Below, one piece after another: positions 55,873-64,000 of a stretch of DNA of 64,000 nt; position 1 is the first letter of the stretch, and each line of letters opens with the position of its first letter. Under the pieces are notes generated by a model that did no database searches, was not told the origin of the DNA, and was given only the letters and a program-made list of their open reading frames with translations. The DNA lies in IMG/VR virus record IMGVR_UViG_3300047994_000374, positions 330,193 to 394,192 of that record. The stretch is one strand, 5' to 3'. The translations under genes and the position numbers were made by a program.

Positions 55873-56741
55873 TTTAAACAAATTTCCCTAAAGGTTTCGA
55901 ACACTGGACTGCCTTCTCGCTTATCATACACTGCAAAAACAATATGATCAAAATTTGGAATTGCTTTTAGCTCGTCTTGAAAAATTTCCGCGACTTGAAT
56001 GGGATTGTTTCCGAAAGCGCCGCAGCCCCAAGCTCCCAAAATAATATTACGATGACCATGATTCCGAGCCACCTTCAAGATTTTATGAATTCTTGTTCGC
56101 AATACTGTATCCAATTTTTCTTCATCCACTCCTTCCATGCCCCGTTTTCTTGGAGCTGGACATGTGATGATGGAAAGGTTAAATGGGATTTCAATCAAAT
56201 TTAAATCTTCATCACGAAAGAACGGAACATCAGGAGAATAAATAACACCATCTGTATAATATTCATCGCCCTGCATAATATTTTGATTATAGAAGAGGGG
56301 CTTATTTTTAATACATGGATACAAGGCGGACCCACGACACAACTCTTCTTCTTGAGCTGGACTTCCATCAAGGAAAGCACCGCCCGGACAAATACCGGAA
56401 GCAAAATTCAAAGCTACGACATTCTTTTTGCCAGATATTATTAATCGTTGAGCTACATGCGCCGCCTTTTCATTCACAACTTCAATGGTTGGATTTACAT
56501 TTGGAATATAGTATTCATAAAGCTTTGTTGGAATGGGATCGGGATAATAAATCGTTCCATTAAAAGCTTTATCATAATCTGTGCCAATCTCTACAATTTT
56601 TCCTGATGGAGATGTGTATTGTCGATTCTTTATAATTTCAAGCGTTTCATTGGCGATTTGAATATTAACATTACGAGCTTGCTGGACTTCCACTGTTCGA
56701 TGATTTGTCACTTCGGCTCCACCTCTTTTAATTTTAAACAT
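55869..56741 (-). CDS. TIGR02452/DUF2263 macrodomain, bacterial-type ADP-ribose glycohydrolase (PARG-like)
   Basis: LNFAS...PGG.F..G..AQEE.LCR, YSP.VP.FR, ILGAWGCGAFGN; exact start uncertain. Confidence 0.9.
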   Translation of the reverse strand: MFKIKRGGAEVTNHRTVEVQQARNVNIQIANETLEIIKNRQYTSPSGKIVEIGTDYDKAFNGTIYYPDPIPTKLYEYYIPNVNPTIEVVNEKAAHVAQRLIISGKKNVVALNFASGICPGGAFLDGSPAQEEELCRGSALYPCIKNKPLFYNQNIMQGDEYYTDGVIYSPDVPFFRDEDLNLIEIPFNLSIITCPAPRKRGMEGVDEEKLDTVLRTRIHKILKVARNHGHRNIILGAWGCGAFGNNPIQVAEIFQDELKAIPNFDHIVFAVYDKREGSPVFETFREICLK

Positions 56742-56908
56742 CACCATCCATGTTTTCTTAAATTTTTGATATCTTCTTTAATCTGATTTTGCCACTCTTC
56801 ATCTGAATTAAATTTTTCACGTGGAACAAACCATTCAAACCAATGTTGCTCACAATAATCCTCAGGAGCATCGTATACAGTTTCTTCGTTACACTGAATG
56901 CATTTCAT
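56741..56908 (-). CDS. small zinc-binding protein (55 aa)
   Basis: MKCIQC...YCEQHW; stop overlaps the next ATG. Confidence 0.6.
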   Translation of the reverse strand: MKCIQCNEETVYDAPEDYCEQHWFEWFVPREKFNSDEEWQNQIKEDIKNLRKHGW

Positions 56909-56917
56909 TTTTCAAAC

Positions 56918-57193
56918 TCATCCTGTCTGTTCATATAGAGTTCCACTAATTGCATGAAAAGCAGCATTTAATCCATCTGCCTTTCCAGTATAATAAGGAA
57001 TATCATAGTCTTCCGGATGACTATTGCCCGGATCTGAACGCCTGTTATTAGAAATTATTTGAGCTTTATTTGCTTTTTGAACTGCAATGGCAATCATTTT
57101 TTCAAAAATATCTTGTAACTTTAATATTTGTTCGCCATCTAAATTAGCCGCAGCAAATAATTCTTGGTATTCTTTTTCGTCGAATTTTTTCAT
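56918..57193 (-). CDS. hypothetical protein
   Basis: 91-aa ORF. Confidence 0.65.
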   Translation of the reverse strand: MKKFDEKEYQELFAAANLDGEQILKLQDIFEKMIAIAVQKANKAQIISNNRRSDPGNSHPEDYDIPYYTGKADGLNAAFHAISGTLYEQTG

Positions 57194-57265
57194 TTTACTT
57201 TATCAGCAGTAGTTTTAGCAGTATAACAGTTAGAAATCTTATTATCAAATATAACATCTGATATG

Positions 57266-58555
57266 TCATTTCTTTTTCTTGCCAGGGACTGTAATCTCCT
57301 GACCTGAAAGATCAAAAAATCCATCTGCTTTCCAAATGAATTCTCTTGGACGATCTTCCAAACGTAACAAGAACGCTGCCGAAGGCAGCGATTGTTCATG
57401 ATTACAACTTGCGTTGTAATCCGCATCTGTCTGAAAGTGACAGTGTTTACAACTGAACAACTTACCTTTGCGGTTCTTGCTACTTACATAACCACATGAT
57501 GAACATCGTTGAGAACGAAAAGCAGAGCTTTGCAGATTCACCTGGACGCCAGAATCTTCTGCATAGTTCATGAGCTTCTCTTGGATCAACATTTCACCAA
57601 AGTAGTTTAAATACTTACCTACATTCTTTCCTTTCCTGAAGTTACTTATTCTTTCTAAATTAATCTGTTTTACATCTGATAGATTTAACTGCTTTACAGA
57701 CCACCCAATAAAATTATCTCGATGTGCAAGGGCTTTGTGAAAGGCTTTCAAGCCTTTCACTTTATGAGATATCTTCTTGCAGATGGTATCTATGGTATGT
57801 CCATGGACATCTTGTGGAGTAGTCTGCTTGTCTGATAAGCTAATACATGTTTTCATACCTGTATCTGCACCTACAATTTTACCTGATGTTTTAGATGGAA
57901 CCTTCGTTATTTCATAACGAAGAGCAATGGTATCTTTTTCAACCTGAAAGGACTTCAAAAGATTACCTTTTTCTTCAAGCTTTCTGGAATGTCTTGTATG
58001 CTTGATGGGAAGTATAATCTTGCCAAACTTTTTACCTATGGAAGATAAAGTAATCACTCCATCAAAGTAAGAGATGTCTTTTGCATCTTGATAATTGCAG
58101 CAGATGGAATTTAACTCTGGAAAGACATGAGAAAGATCAGGCTTGATAAGCTTTGCTTTGAGCAATTTCTTCGAAATTGCCCGAGTTCTTTTGCCTTGAG
58201 ATTTGAACTGTTCAAGTACATAAAGAAGTCTTTTTCGTTTCGTAATATGTGCAAAAACAATACCTAATGCTTGAGTAGCTGCACATTTTAAAGCTCGTGC
58301 AGAACATGGAGTTTGAAATGAGATGTTCTTGGTAGATAAAAACATAGGGCAATCAAGAAGATCATGTTGAACATCAAGAACCTTCATACCTGATTTTGTT
58401 TTGAAAGAAATCTTGTTATTCCAAAGATAATCTACACAATAAGAAACAGCTTTTTGATATTCTTGGATGAAAGATAATAACATATAATGCTTGTCGGAAT
58501 TGCATTCCGCCAAGCTTAACTTGGATGATTTTATTTTTCTTCCTTTATTTTTCAT
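57266..58555 (-). CDS. tnpB: TnpB RNA-guided nuclease
   Basis: RuvC-I VGADTG, RuvC-II NLE, zinc finger SQRCSSCG...FSCKHC, RuvC-III DADYNAS. Confidence 0.88.
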   Translation of the reverse strand: MKNKGRKIKSSKLSLAECNSDKHYMLLSFIQEYQKAVSYCVDYLWNNKISFKTKSGMKVLDVQHDLLDCPMFLSTKNISFQTPCSARALKCAATQALGIVFAHITKRKRLLYVLEQFKSQGKRTRAISKKLLKAKLIKPDLSHVFPELNSICCNYQDAKDISYFDGVITLSSIGKKFGKIILPIKHTRHSRKLEEKGNLLKSFQVEKDTIALRYEITKVPSKTSGKIVGADTGMKTCISLSDKQTTPQDVHGHTIDTICKKISHKVKGLKAFHKALAHRDNFIGWSVKQLNLSDVKQINLERISNFRKGKNVGKYLNYFGEMLIQEKLMNYAEDSGVQVNLQSSAFRSQRCSSCGYVSSKNRKGKLFSCKHCHFQTDADYNASCNHEQSLPSAAFLLRLEDRPREFIWKADGFFDLSGQEITVPGKKKK

Positions 58556-59126
58556 GTAGTAGTAATATTTTTTTGATTTTATCAGCTTTATTTTTTGCTC
58601 TTCTTAAACCATAAATACGACAACAAAAAGAGGTAATAACAGAAACTAAATCTTTCATCAAATCTTCTTTATCCTCTTTTACTTCATTCATCACCAAAAC
58701 TTGACAGTTTAATTTAGCTAACAAGTTTTGAAGATAGGTAAAGCCAAATCTGGTAAGTCTATCCTTATTCTCTATAATAAGCATAGTAGGAGATAAGTCA
58801 AGCATCTTCCAGAGCTGTTGTCTTTTATCATTCATACCCGATGCAACCTCTTTAAAGACTTTGTGGACTATAATGCCTTTTGCTGCGCAAAAGTCTTCAC
58901 ATCGTTTTACTTGATAATCTAATTCTTTTTTTCTTGACTGATTCGATACTCGTGCATATATTACATTTTTAGTATTCGAAGAAGATATAGGGTTGATGAT
59001 TTCATCATCAACCAAAATAGTTCCAGAAGGAGTTTGGCGTGCATTAGGAATGCTTTTCGCTTTAAACCAGCGAAAAGCCGTAATATAAGAGATACCTTGT
59101 TTTTTAGCCCATTGACTTAGTTTCAT
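58545..59126 (-). CDS. tnpA: IS607 serine recombinase/transposase TnpA
   Basis: MKLSQWAKKQGISY.TA.RWF wHTH, IYARVS, EVASG, DRLTRFGF, DL..DLVSVITSFCCRIYG.R. Confidence 0.93.
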   Translation of the reverse strand: MKLSQWAKKQGISYITAFRWFKAKSIPNARQTPSGTILVDDEIINPISSSNTKNVIYARVSNQSRKKELDYQVKRCEDFCAAKGIIVHKVFKEVASGMNDKRQQLWKMLDLSPTMLIIENKDRLTRFGFTYLQNLLAKLNCQVLVMNEVKEDKEDLMKDLVSVITSFCCRIYGLRRAKNKADKIKKILLLHEK

Positions 59127-59160
59127 AATATATATGATATAATATGCATAGAAAAGAACA

Positions 59161-59574
59161 TTATTTCGTTGAAATTACTTTACACATAATTGCAATCTTA
59201 GCACTTACATTTCCGCTATGCAATGTAAAACCATCTCGTCCATTTGATGATCGATTTACTTCACAACTAGCTTCTGCTTTCACTGCTGCAATTTTATTAT
59301 TTTGAACTTGATTACAGGTAACATCAACATACCATTTTTCAGCTGCTCCATCTTTAAATGAGACTGTGGACATAGAGCGAGTACATTTCCAATCAGCCAA
59401 CTCAATAGGTAACCCAATATCTCGTTCGGTTGAATAGTCCTCATCAAATGAATAAGACCTCCCTCCCGTAATTAATAGCGTATTGAAAGTGGTTTTGTAT
59501 TGAGGAGTGTCAGCAAAATTTAAAACAGATAATAATAAGACAGCTATTGTAATTAAAATACTTGATAGTTTCAT
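59161..59574 (-). CDS. secreted hypothetical protein
   Basis: Signal-peptide-like MKLSSILITIAVLLLSVLNFA; AAGGAA SD; four Cys. Confidence 0.7.
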   Translation of the reverse strand: MKLSSILITIAVLLLSVLNFADTPQYKTTFNTLLITGGRSYSFDEDYSTERDIGLPIELADWKCTRSMSTVSFKDGAAEKWYVDVTCNQVQNNKIAAVKAEASCEVNRSSNGRDGFTLHSGNVSAKIAIMCKVISTK

Positions 59575-59774
59575 TTGACTTCCTTTATAAAAATTTGATT
59601 GCTCGGCGCACATTTCACATAGTCCGTACAGCTAATCACATAACCAGCGTCACCACCACAAAGCACATCACATTTACGATTGCGTTCCTGTGAACCCAAA
59701 GTCGAAGCAACAACTAAGAATGCAGCCAAACCCACTATTATAAATATTACTAATGCCAACATACGGTCATTCAT
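59571..59774 (-). CDS. small membrane protein with Cys-rich tail
   Basis: N-terminal TM, four Cys; ATGA overlaps. Confidence 0.65.
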   Translation of the reverse strand: MNDRMLALVIFIIVGLAAFLVVASTLGSQERNRKCDVLCGGDAGYVISCTDYVKCAPSNQIFIKEVK

Positions 59775-60007
59775 TTGGTATCCTTATTGAACATATTTAT
59801 TAACCAATACGGGGGATTCCAACTACCAAAGACTTTGCCTAAATAACGATGAAAAAGAATGGTAACATGGTCTTCTGGCTTATGATCCATATAAAAACGA
59901 AAGCGAAGTAAATTTAACCAATCCGGACCAACAAAATCCATTTCTACCCGCGCCTTATCATGGAATACTCCGTCAATGATTTCGCCCGTTTGATATCGTT
60001 CCCTCAT
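59771..60007 (-). CDS. hypothetical protein
   Basis: 78-aa ORF, coupled to neighbours. Confidence 0.65.
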   Translation of the reverse strand: MRERYQTGEIIDGVFHDKARVEMDFVGPDWLNLLRFRFYMDHKPEDHVTILFHRYLGKVFGSWNPPYWLINMFNKDTK

Positions 60008-60286
60008 TTAATTACTCTTTGAGTAGTTGGTTTTAGCATGAATAAGTGGAAGTGCAATCTCTTCATCATCTTCCAATAAGGATTGATTTGCCGTGAGATC
60101 GTATTCATGATTTTCAACGGCAGTAAAATATTCGTCCTCTTCCCAACCTGAAGTCGCTAAAAACAAAGTCCATAGTGCAATAAACTTTCCATCCGCGCCT
60201 TCTTCTGGCGTACCTTCGGGATGAAACGCCTCAAGTAAAGCGAGAAATACATGATCAACTGCCTCGAAATCCATTTTATTTTTCAT
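60008..60286 (-). CDS. acidic hypothetical protein
   Basis: 92-aa ORF. Confidence 0.65.
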   Translation of the reverse strand: MKNKMDFEAVDHVFLALLEAFHPEGTPEEGADGKFIALWTLFLATSGWEEDEYFTAVENHEYDLTANQSLLEDDEEIALPLIHAKTNYSKSN

Positions 60287-60339
60287 TAGTGAGCCTGAGT
60301 TAGAGTTAGGCTAATAATGTATTCACGAATGGATGTGTG

Positions 60340-61626
60340 TCAAGGATTTTCGAATAGGTTTATATATTGAAGGGCTGCTTTTTCCCAGCTATTTTCTTTC
60401 ATAAATTTGATTTGTTTTTCAACTTGTGCAATAGGAGCTTTCCAATCGCTAAATAAGATATCTAATTCTTTGGCAATATTTTCTGCCCCATCTGCCTTGA
60501 TAGTTGGCAAATCTGAAAAATGATGCCCTGTAGAAGTAATAACAGGCAAGCATTTAGACATTGCTAATCGTGCCATTCCTGAAGCCCCATATACAACAGA
60601 ATGCGGATCAGAACTATAGGGAAATACAGCTACTTTATTCGTTCTAAAAAAAGCATCAACTACTTCATCTGATTGAAAGCCTCGAATAAGTCCTATATTA
60701 TTTTCAATCCCAAGTTCTTTAATCAATGTTTCAAGTTCTTTATAATATATCTGATGTTCAACTTTTGCATGAGGACTTTCCGACATAATTCCCGTAAAGA
60801 AAACATCGGGATATTTATTTTTTAATAATGCAACAGCTCGTAATGAATCACTCCAATTTTTATAAGGGAATAAAAAGCCAGCCTGAATAAAAGTATGCTC
60901 CGTCTTATAGAAATTCCAAAGCTTTTCTTCATTAAATTTATAGCAGCCGTGAGGAATAACATGAACTTTGGCAGAAATTTTCTTTTCTTCTTTTAAATTA
61001 TATCGAGCCTCTTCTAAATGAACGACAACTTCTTTCATTGCCGCTTCTACAATCAGTTTGTCATGATGATGAGGGAAAACTGAGTGTTGAATCACAATAG
61101 TTCTATAATCAAAAAGCTGGGTAAGCATTGAAAGCCACACCGTTGCTTTTGGAAAAATACCGAATTCATGATTAATTAAAATGATATCAGGATCATATTC
61201 TTTAAGCTGATAAATGAGATCTGAAAGTTCTTCACCTCGTCTCCAACATTGAACAACATCGGATTCATCTAATATACGGTCACCAAACTGATGAATATTT
61301 ACAGTTGGTTTTTTATTTCGTTCCATAAATAATTTGAATTGACCAATATGTTTCGCAATTTCTGGAAAAAGAAATCCGCTAAATGTGCTTAAACCACATT
61401 CTTGAGCCCAATTCGAAACAAATGCAACTCTCAAACTTTTCGCAGGAACTTTATTAAACTTATATCGAATTGATCCATGTTTAACTCTTCCATTTAAAAT
61501 TAATTCTTTGGAAGGAACATCGTCTAATTCTTTGGGAACTTCTAAAATGGTTAGGTTAGAACTATCAAATAAATCATGGGATATCGCGCAAATTTGGTCA
61601 TGTTTTATGCCAGCGTATCTAACCAT
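60340..61626 (-). CDS. GT4-family (GT-B) glycosyltransferase
   Basis: CGLSTFS, HEFGIF, VIPHG, GFLFPYKN, VFPY, SG...LAMS..LPVITS, SWE..A. Confidence 0.85.
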   Translation of the reverse strand: MVRYAGIKHDQICAISHDLFDSSNLTILEVPKELDDVPSKELILNGRVKHGSIRYKFNKVPAKSLRVAFVSNWAQECGLSTFSGFLFPEIAKHIGQFKLFMERNKKPTVNIHQFGDRILDESDVVQCWRRGEELSDLIYQLKEYDPDIILINHEFGIFPKATVWLSMLTQLFDYRTIVIQHSVFPHHHDKLIVEAAMKEVVVHLEEARYNLKEEKKISAKVHVIPHGCYKFNEEKLWNFYKTEHTFIQAGFLFPYKNWSDSLRAVALLKNKYPDVFFTGIMSESPHAKVEHQIYYKELETLIKELGIENNIGLIRGFQSDEVVDAFFRTNKVAVFPYSSDPHSVVYGASGMARLAMSKCLPVITSTGHHFSDLPTIKADGAENIAKELDILFSDWKAPIAQVEKQIKFMKENSWEKAALQYINLFENP

Positions 61627-61639
61627 CGAACCCTACTTA

Positions 61640-62608
61640 TTATAGAAGACTATTTATTTTCTTGACAAAGTCTCTATAAACATTCGGATCAATTGGCAGT
61701 TTAGATGTATGCTGCATGTTTAATGTTTGAAAATTTTCTCGAAGCATTTTTTTATTCACATTATAGTAGGATAAAAACGCTCCATTTTTCGGAGAAGTGT
61801 CAATTAATTTATCGTGGTGGTGAATGGCGATATATGGATTTCCAGTCATTTCAGCCAATACAATGCCATGAAAACGTTGAGTGATGATTGCATCGAATTT
61901 ACCCAAGTAAGATGCTGTATCTTTAAAGGTAAGTGTATTTGGAGTAACGGAGCGTTTATGATTACGATGGTCCATATGTGCGATAAGCTCAGCCGTAGCC
62001 AAATCGTCATGAGTATCGTTAGATTGGCACATCGACATGAACTTAATATCGCATTTTTGATCCGATACAAGCCAATCCAAGAACTGACTAAATTCTGATT
62101 TGAAATAAGCCCAAGCCGCATGTTGCCAATGAGGATCAGAATATCTTGGTACTACGCTTACATTGGGCAGAATTAATACCGAGTTCTTATATTTGTTGGG
62201 ATTAGGTTTAACTTGTGATTGAAGCGCATAAACCAAATCAGGAACGAACTCTGTATTGGGATTAATGGCTTTTAACTTGTCAATTGCCCCCGGCGAACGA
62301 CAGGCGATGTATTGGGCTTTGGATATAAGAAGCTGATGCGTAGCTCCAATGTCTGTTTCTCCACCAACGCCCATATAAAATATCTTCTTTTGCTGAAGAA
62401 TGGACAAAGCATCTGCATCAATCTTTGGTTCGGCAAATAAAAATGAGCCACCACCAAAGAAAACGGCATCAACATGTGCTATATTGTCTTTCGTAATACA
62501 ATCAGTGAATGTAAAAGTAAAGTCAGGAAACAAATGTTGATATGCTTCTATAAAGAATTGGTCCCCAAAATTTTTCTTAAAAAAGAAACCCCAGACTAAA
62601 ATTTTCAT
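61640..62608 (-). CDS. polysaccharide pyruvyl transferase family protein
   Basis: GFF...NFGD, GGGSF, GVG, R, PDLVY, RFHG.VLA...P.IAI....K. Confidence 0.85.
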   Translation of the reverse strand: MKILVWGFFFKKNFGDQFFIEAYQHLFPDFTFTFTDCITKDNIAHVDAVFFGGGSFLFAEPKIDADALSILQQKKIFYMGVGGETDIGATHQLLISKAQYIACRSPGAIDKLKAINPNTEFVPDLVYALQSQVKPNPNKYKNSVLILPNVSVVPRYSDPHWQHAAWAYFKSEFSQFLDWLVSDQKCDIKFMSMCQSNDTHDDLATAELIAHMDHRNHKRSVTPNTLTFKDTASYLGKFDAIITQRFHGIVLAEMTGNPYIAIHHHDKLIDTSPKNGAFLSYYNVNKKMLRENFQTLNMQHTSKLPIDPNVYRDFVKKINSLL

Positions 62609-62613
62609 AACGA

Positions 62614-62874
62614 TTATTCTTCGTTATGAGCGAAAGTTTTCCAGCTTATCTCGCGAACGTTCGATACATGCCACTTGATAAGAAGGATGTATTTTCCTGA
62701 TGCCGTAGAGCGAACTTCATAACGAAGGTCATCTTCATGTCTTGGTGAGCATGGTGGGACATTCAGGTTATCAGTGAATTTAACTTCAACACGACGTGGA
62801 AAATGATGCAATTCAATTCGAACCGTATCTTTACCCGCAACAATTAATTCTCCAGCCTGCATACAAACCTCCAC
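62614..62874 (-). CDS. hypothetical protein (start probably MQAG after GGAGG)
   Basis: 86-aa ORF; SD precedes the internal ATG. Confidence 0.65.
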   Translation of the reverse strand: MEVCMQAGELIVAGKDTVRIELHHFPRRVEVKFTDNLNVPPCSPRHEDDLRYEVRSTASGKYILLIKWHVSNVREISWKTFAHNEE

Positions 62875-62924
62875 ATAATATTAAACTTTATCTAATATTA
62901 TGCAGGGATATGCCGTCAAGGAGT

Positions 62925-63215
62925 TTAATTTAATACAGCGACAACGTTTTCTTCGCGCAAAACCCAAAGCTTATCATCACCGCTCTTCACTTCAATAGCC
63001 AAAGTCTTATTGAAAAAGATTTGATCTCCAATTTTAACTTCAAGTGGAATAGATGCGCCGGTTGAGCTTAACTGCCCGCTACCAACCGCTACAACCGTCC
63101 CACGCACCATCTTGTCAGTTCCATTGGTTCCTGGAATGATAATGCCTCCTGCGGTCGTTTCTGCCTCTTTAACAACACTTACAGCCAAGAAGTCTCTGAT
63201 TACTTTAATGCTCAT
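62925..63215 (-). CDS. groES: co-chaperonin GroES
   Basis: TTAGGIIIP mobile loop, GTVVAVGSG, VKIGD, LRE..V.A. Confidence 0.9.
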   Translation of the reverse strand: MSIKVIRDFLAVSVVKEAETTAGGIIIPGTNGTDKMVRGTVVAVGSGQLSSTGASIPLEVKIGDQIFFNKTLAIEVKSGDDKLWVLREENVVAVLN

Positions 63216-63309
63216 TTGTTTTCTTTCCTTTATCTCTTTATTAGGTAAATTATAATCGACAGCAATGCCAACAATAGTAATATATCAGCGGTGTATTTTT
63301 CTTTATTAC

Positions 63310-63720
63310 TCATTGGAATGCCTTTATCTTATTTAATTTGTGGCAAGTTTTAATTACTTCACAAAGGGTATCAACTTGTCCCTCGACTGATCCATAATTC
63401 AATGTTGCTTCTCTTACGGGATATCCCATGGGATCTTTAAATAAATCTGTTATCATAGGGAAACCATTAAATTCTGTCATTCTAGCAGGATACACCGAGT
63501 CCTGTGAAATGATCTCGTTATCACTATTTCTAAAGCAATGAAACAGTTCTATAATTATTGTGTTTTTAGAAACTTTTGTATTGTAAAGTTCAATTCTAAC
63601 CAAATAATCTTTTAAATAAATTTTAAAAACTACTCGTGTCCAATGTTCAATAAAATTGGTTATCTGCTTACGAAAATAAATCAGATCTAATTTATCTTGA
63701 AAATCGTAGCGAATATCCAT
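63310..63720 (-). CDS. hypothetical protein, C-terminal KAFx family
   Basis: Ends LNKIKAFQ; TTGACA promoter upstream at about 63749. Confidence 0.72.
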   Translation of the reverse strand: MDIRYDFQDKLDLIYFRKQITNFIEHWTRVVFKIYLKDYLVRIELYNTKVSKNTIIIELFHCFRNSDNEIISQDSVYPARMTEFNGFPMITDLFKDPMGYPVREATLNYGSVEGQVDTLCEVIKTCHKLNKIKAFQ

Positions 63721-63882
63721 GTTTTAAAAGTAAGTATGGTTAAGAGAATGTCAAGATGGTGGGAATTTTAGAAATAAGCTTTTCTTCCGGCATAAATATT
63801 AACTCTTTAGCAATTTCTTTTTCTAAAGGGATCGAATTATGCGATACACTAATCGAATCTTGAGATCCAAGTCCTTATCCGA

Positions 63883-63999
63883 TTAATTTTCACCCCAAAT
63901 CACATCATCTACTTCAACGGTAGGAATATAATCAGGATCACCAGCCAAAAACATTGCATCAAGCAAATCTGAAAGATCAGCTGCTTCATAGGCTTTTTC
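63883..63999 (-). CDS. 3' end of a hypothetical protein entering from outside the window
   Basis: Open frame EKAYEAADLSDLLDAMFLAGDPDYIPTVEVDDVIWGEN*. Confidence 0.55.
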   Translation of the reverse strand, partial: EKAYEAADLSDLLDAMFLAGDPDYIPTVEVDDVIWGEN

Positions 64000-64000
64000 T

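Larger units (their letters stand above)
57221..59160 (-). mobile_element. IS607-family element (tnpA + tnpB); ends approximate
   Basis: Overlapping serine-recombinase and TnpB genes flanked by short AT-rich segments. Confidence 0.75.

Noticed and set aside
1-64000. Full UAG reassignment (genetic code 15)
   Set aside because: Standard-code ORFs already tile the window densely, and no conserved gene is broken by TAG
1-64000. CRISPR array or rRNA
   Set aside because: No regularly spaced direct repeats or rRNA-like sequence seen by eye

Overview
AT-rich, gene-dense segment, mostly on the minus strand, with frequent ATGA stop/start overlaps. It reads as an accessory region of a very large (jumbo/huge) bacteriophage genome; no clearly recognisable capsid or terminase genes are in the window. 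Translation and RNA-repair genes: IF3, Pth2-like protein, two Thg1-like proteins, Rnl1-type ligase and Pnkp. Proteostasis genes: Hsp20, GroES, two MoxR-like AAA+ ATPases, two vWA proteins and an Ntn/HslV-like peptidase. NAD genes: NAMPT, NadM-Nudix and a TIGR02452 PARG-like macrodomain. Also present are PurA, LigA, a UvrD helicase, an MTase plus nuclease-like pair, two glycosylation clusters, three HNH/homing endonucleases, an IsrB-omegaRNA element and an IS607 tnpA-tnpB element. Three observations stand out. (1) An unannotated leader ORF, M-N-S-amber-N-S-A-R-A-P-P-Q, puts a UAG before a RAPP ribosome-arrest motif. It lies upstream of a hypothetical gene, the Pth2-like gene and a CUA-anticodon tRNA, in a window that almost never uses TAG as a stop; this is a candidate amber-readthrough-sensing module. 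(2) An EEVS-type C7-cyclitol cyclase is in an operon with a kinase, SDR and nucleotidyltransferase next to glycosyltransferases, suggesting a carbasugar modification pathway. (3) About 20 dispersed small proteins share a C-terminal K-L/M-K-A-F-x tail, and one has an in-frame UGA at a CxxC cysteine. All calls come from manual motif reading; no database searches were run.
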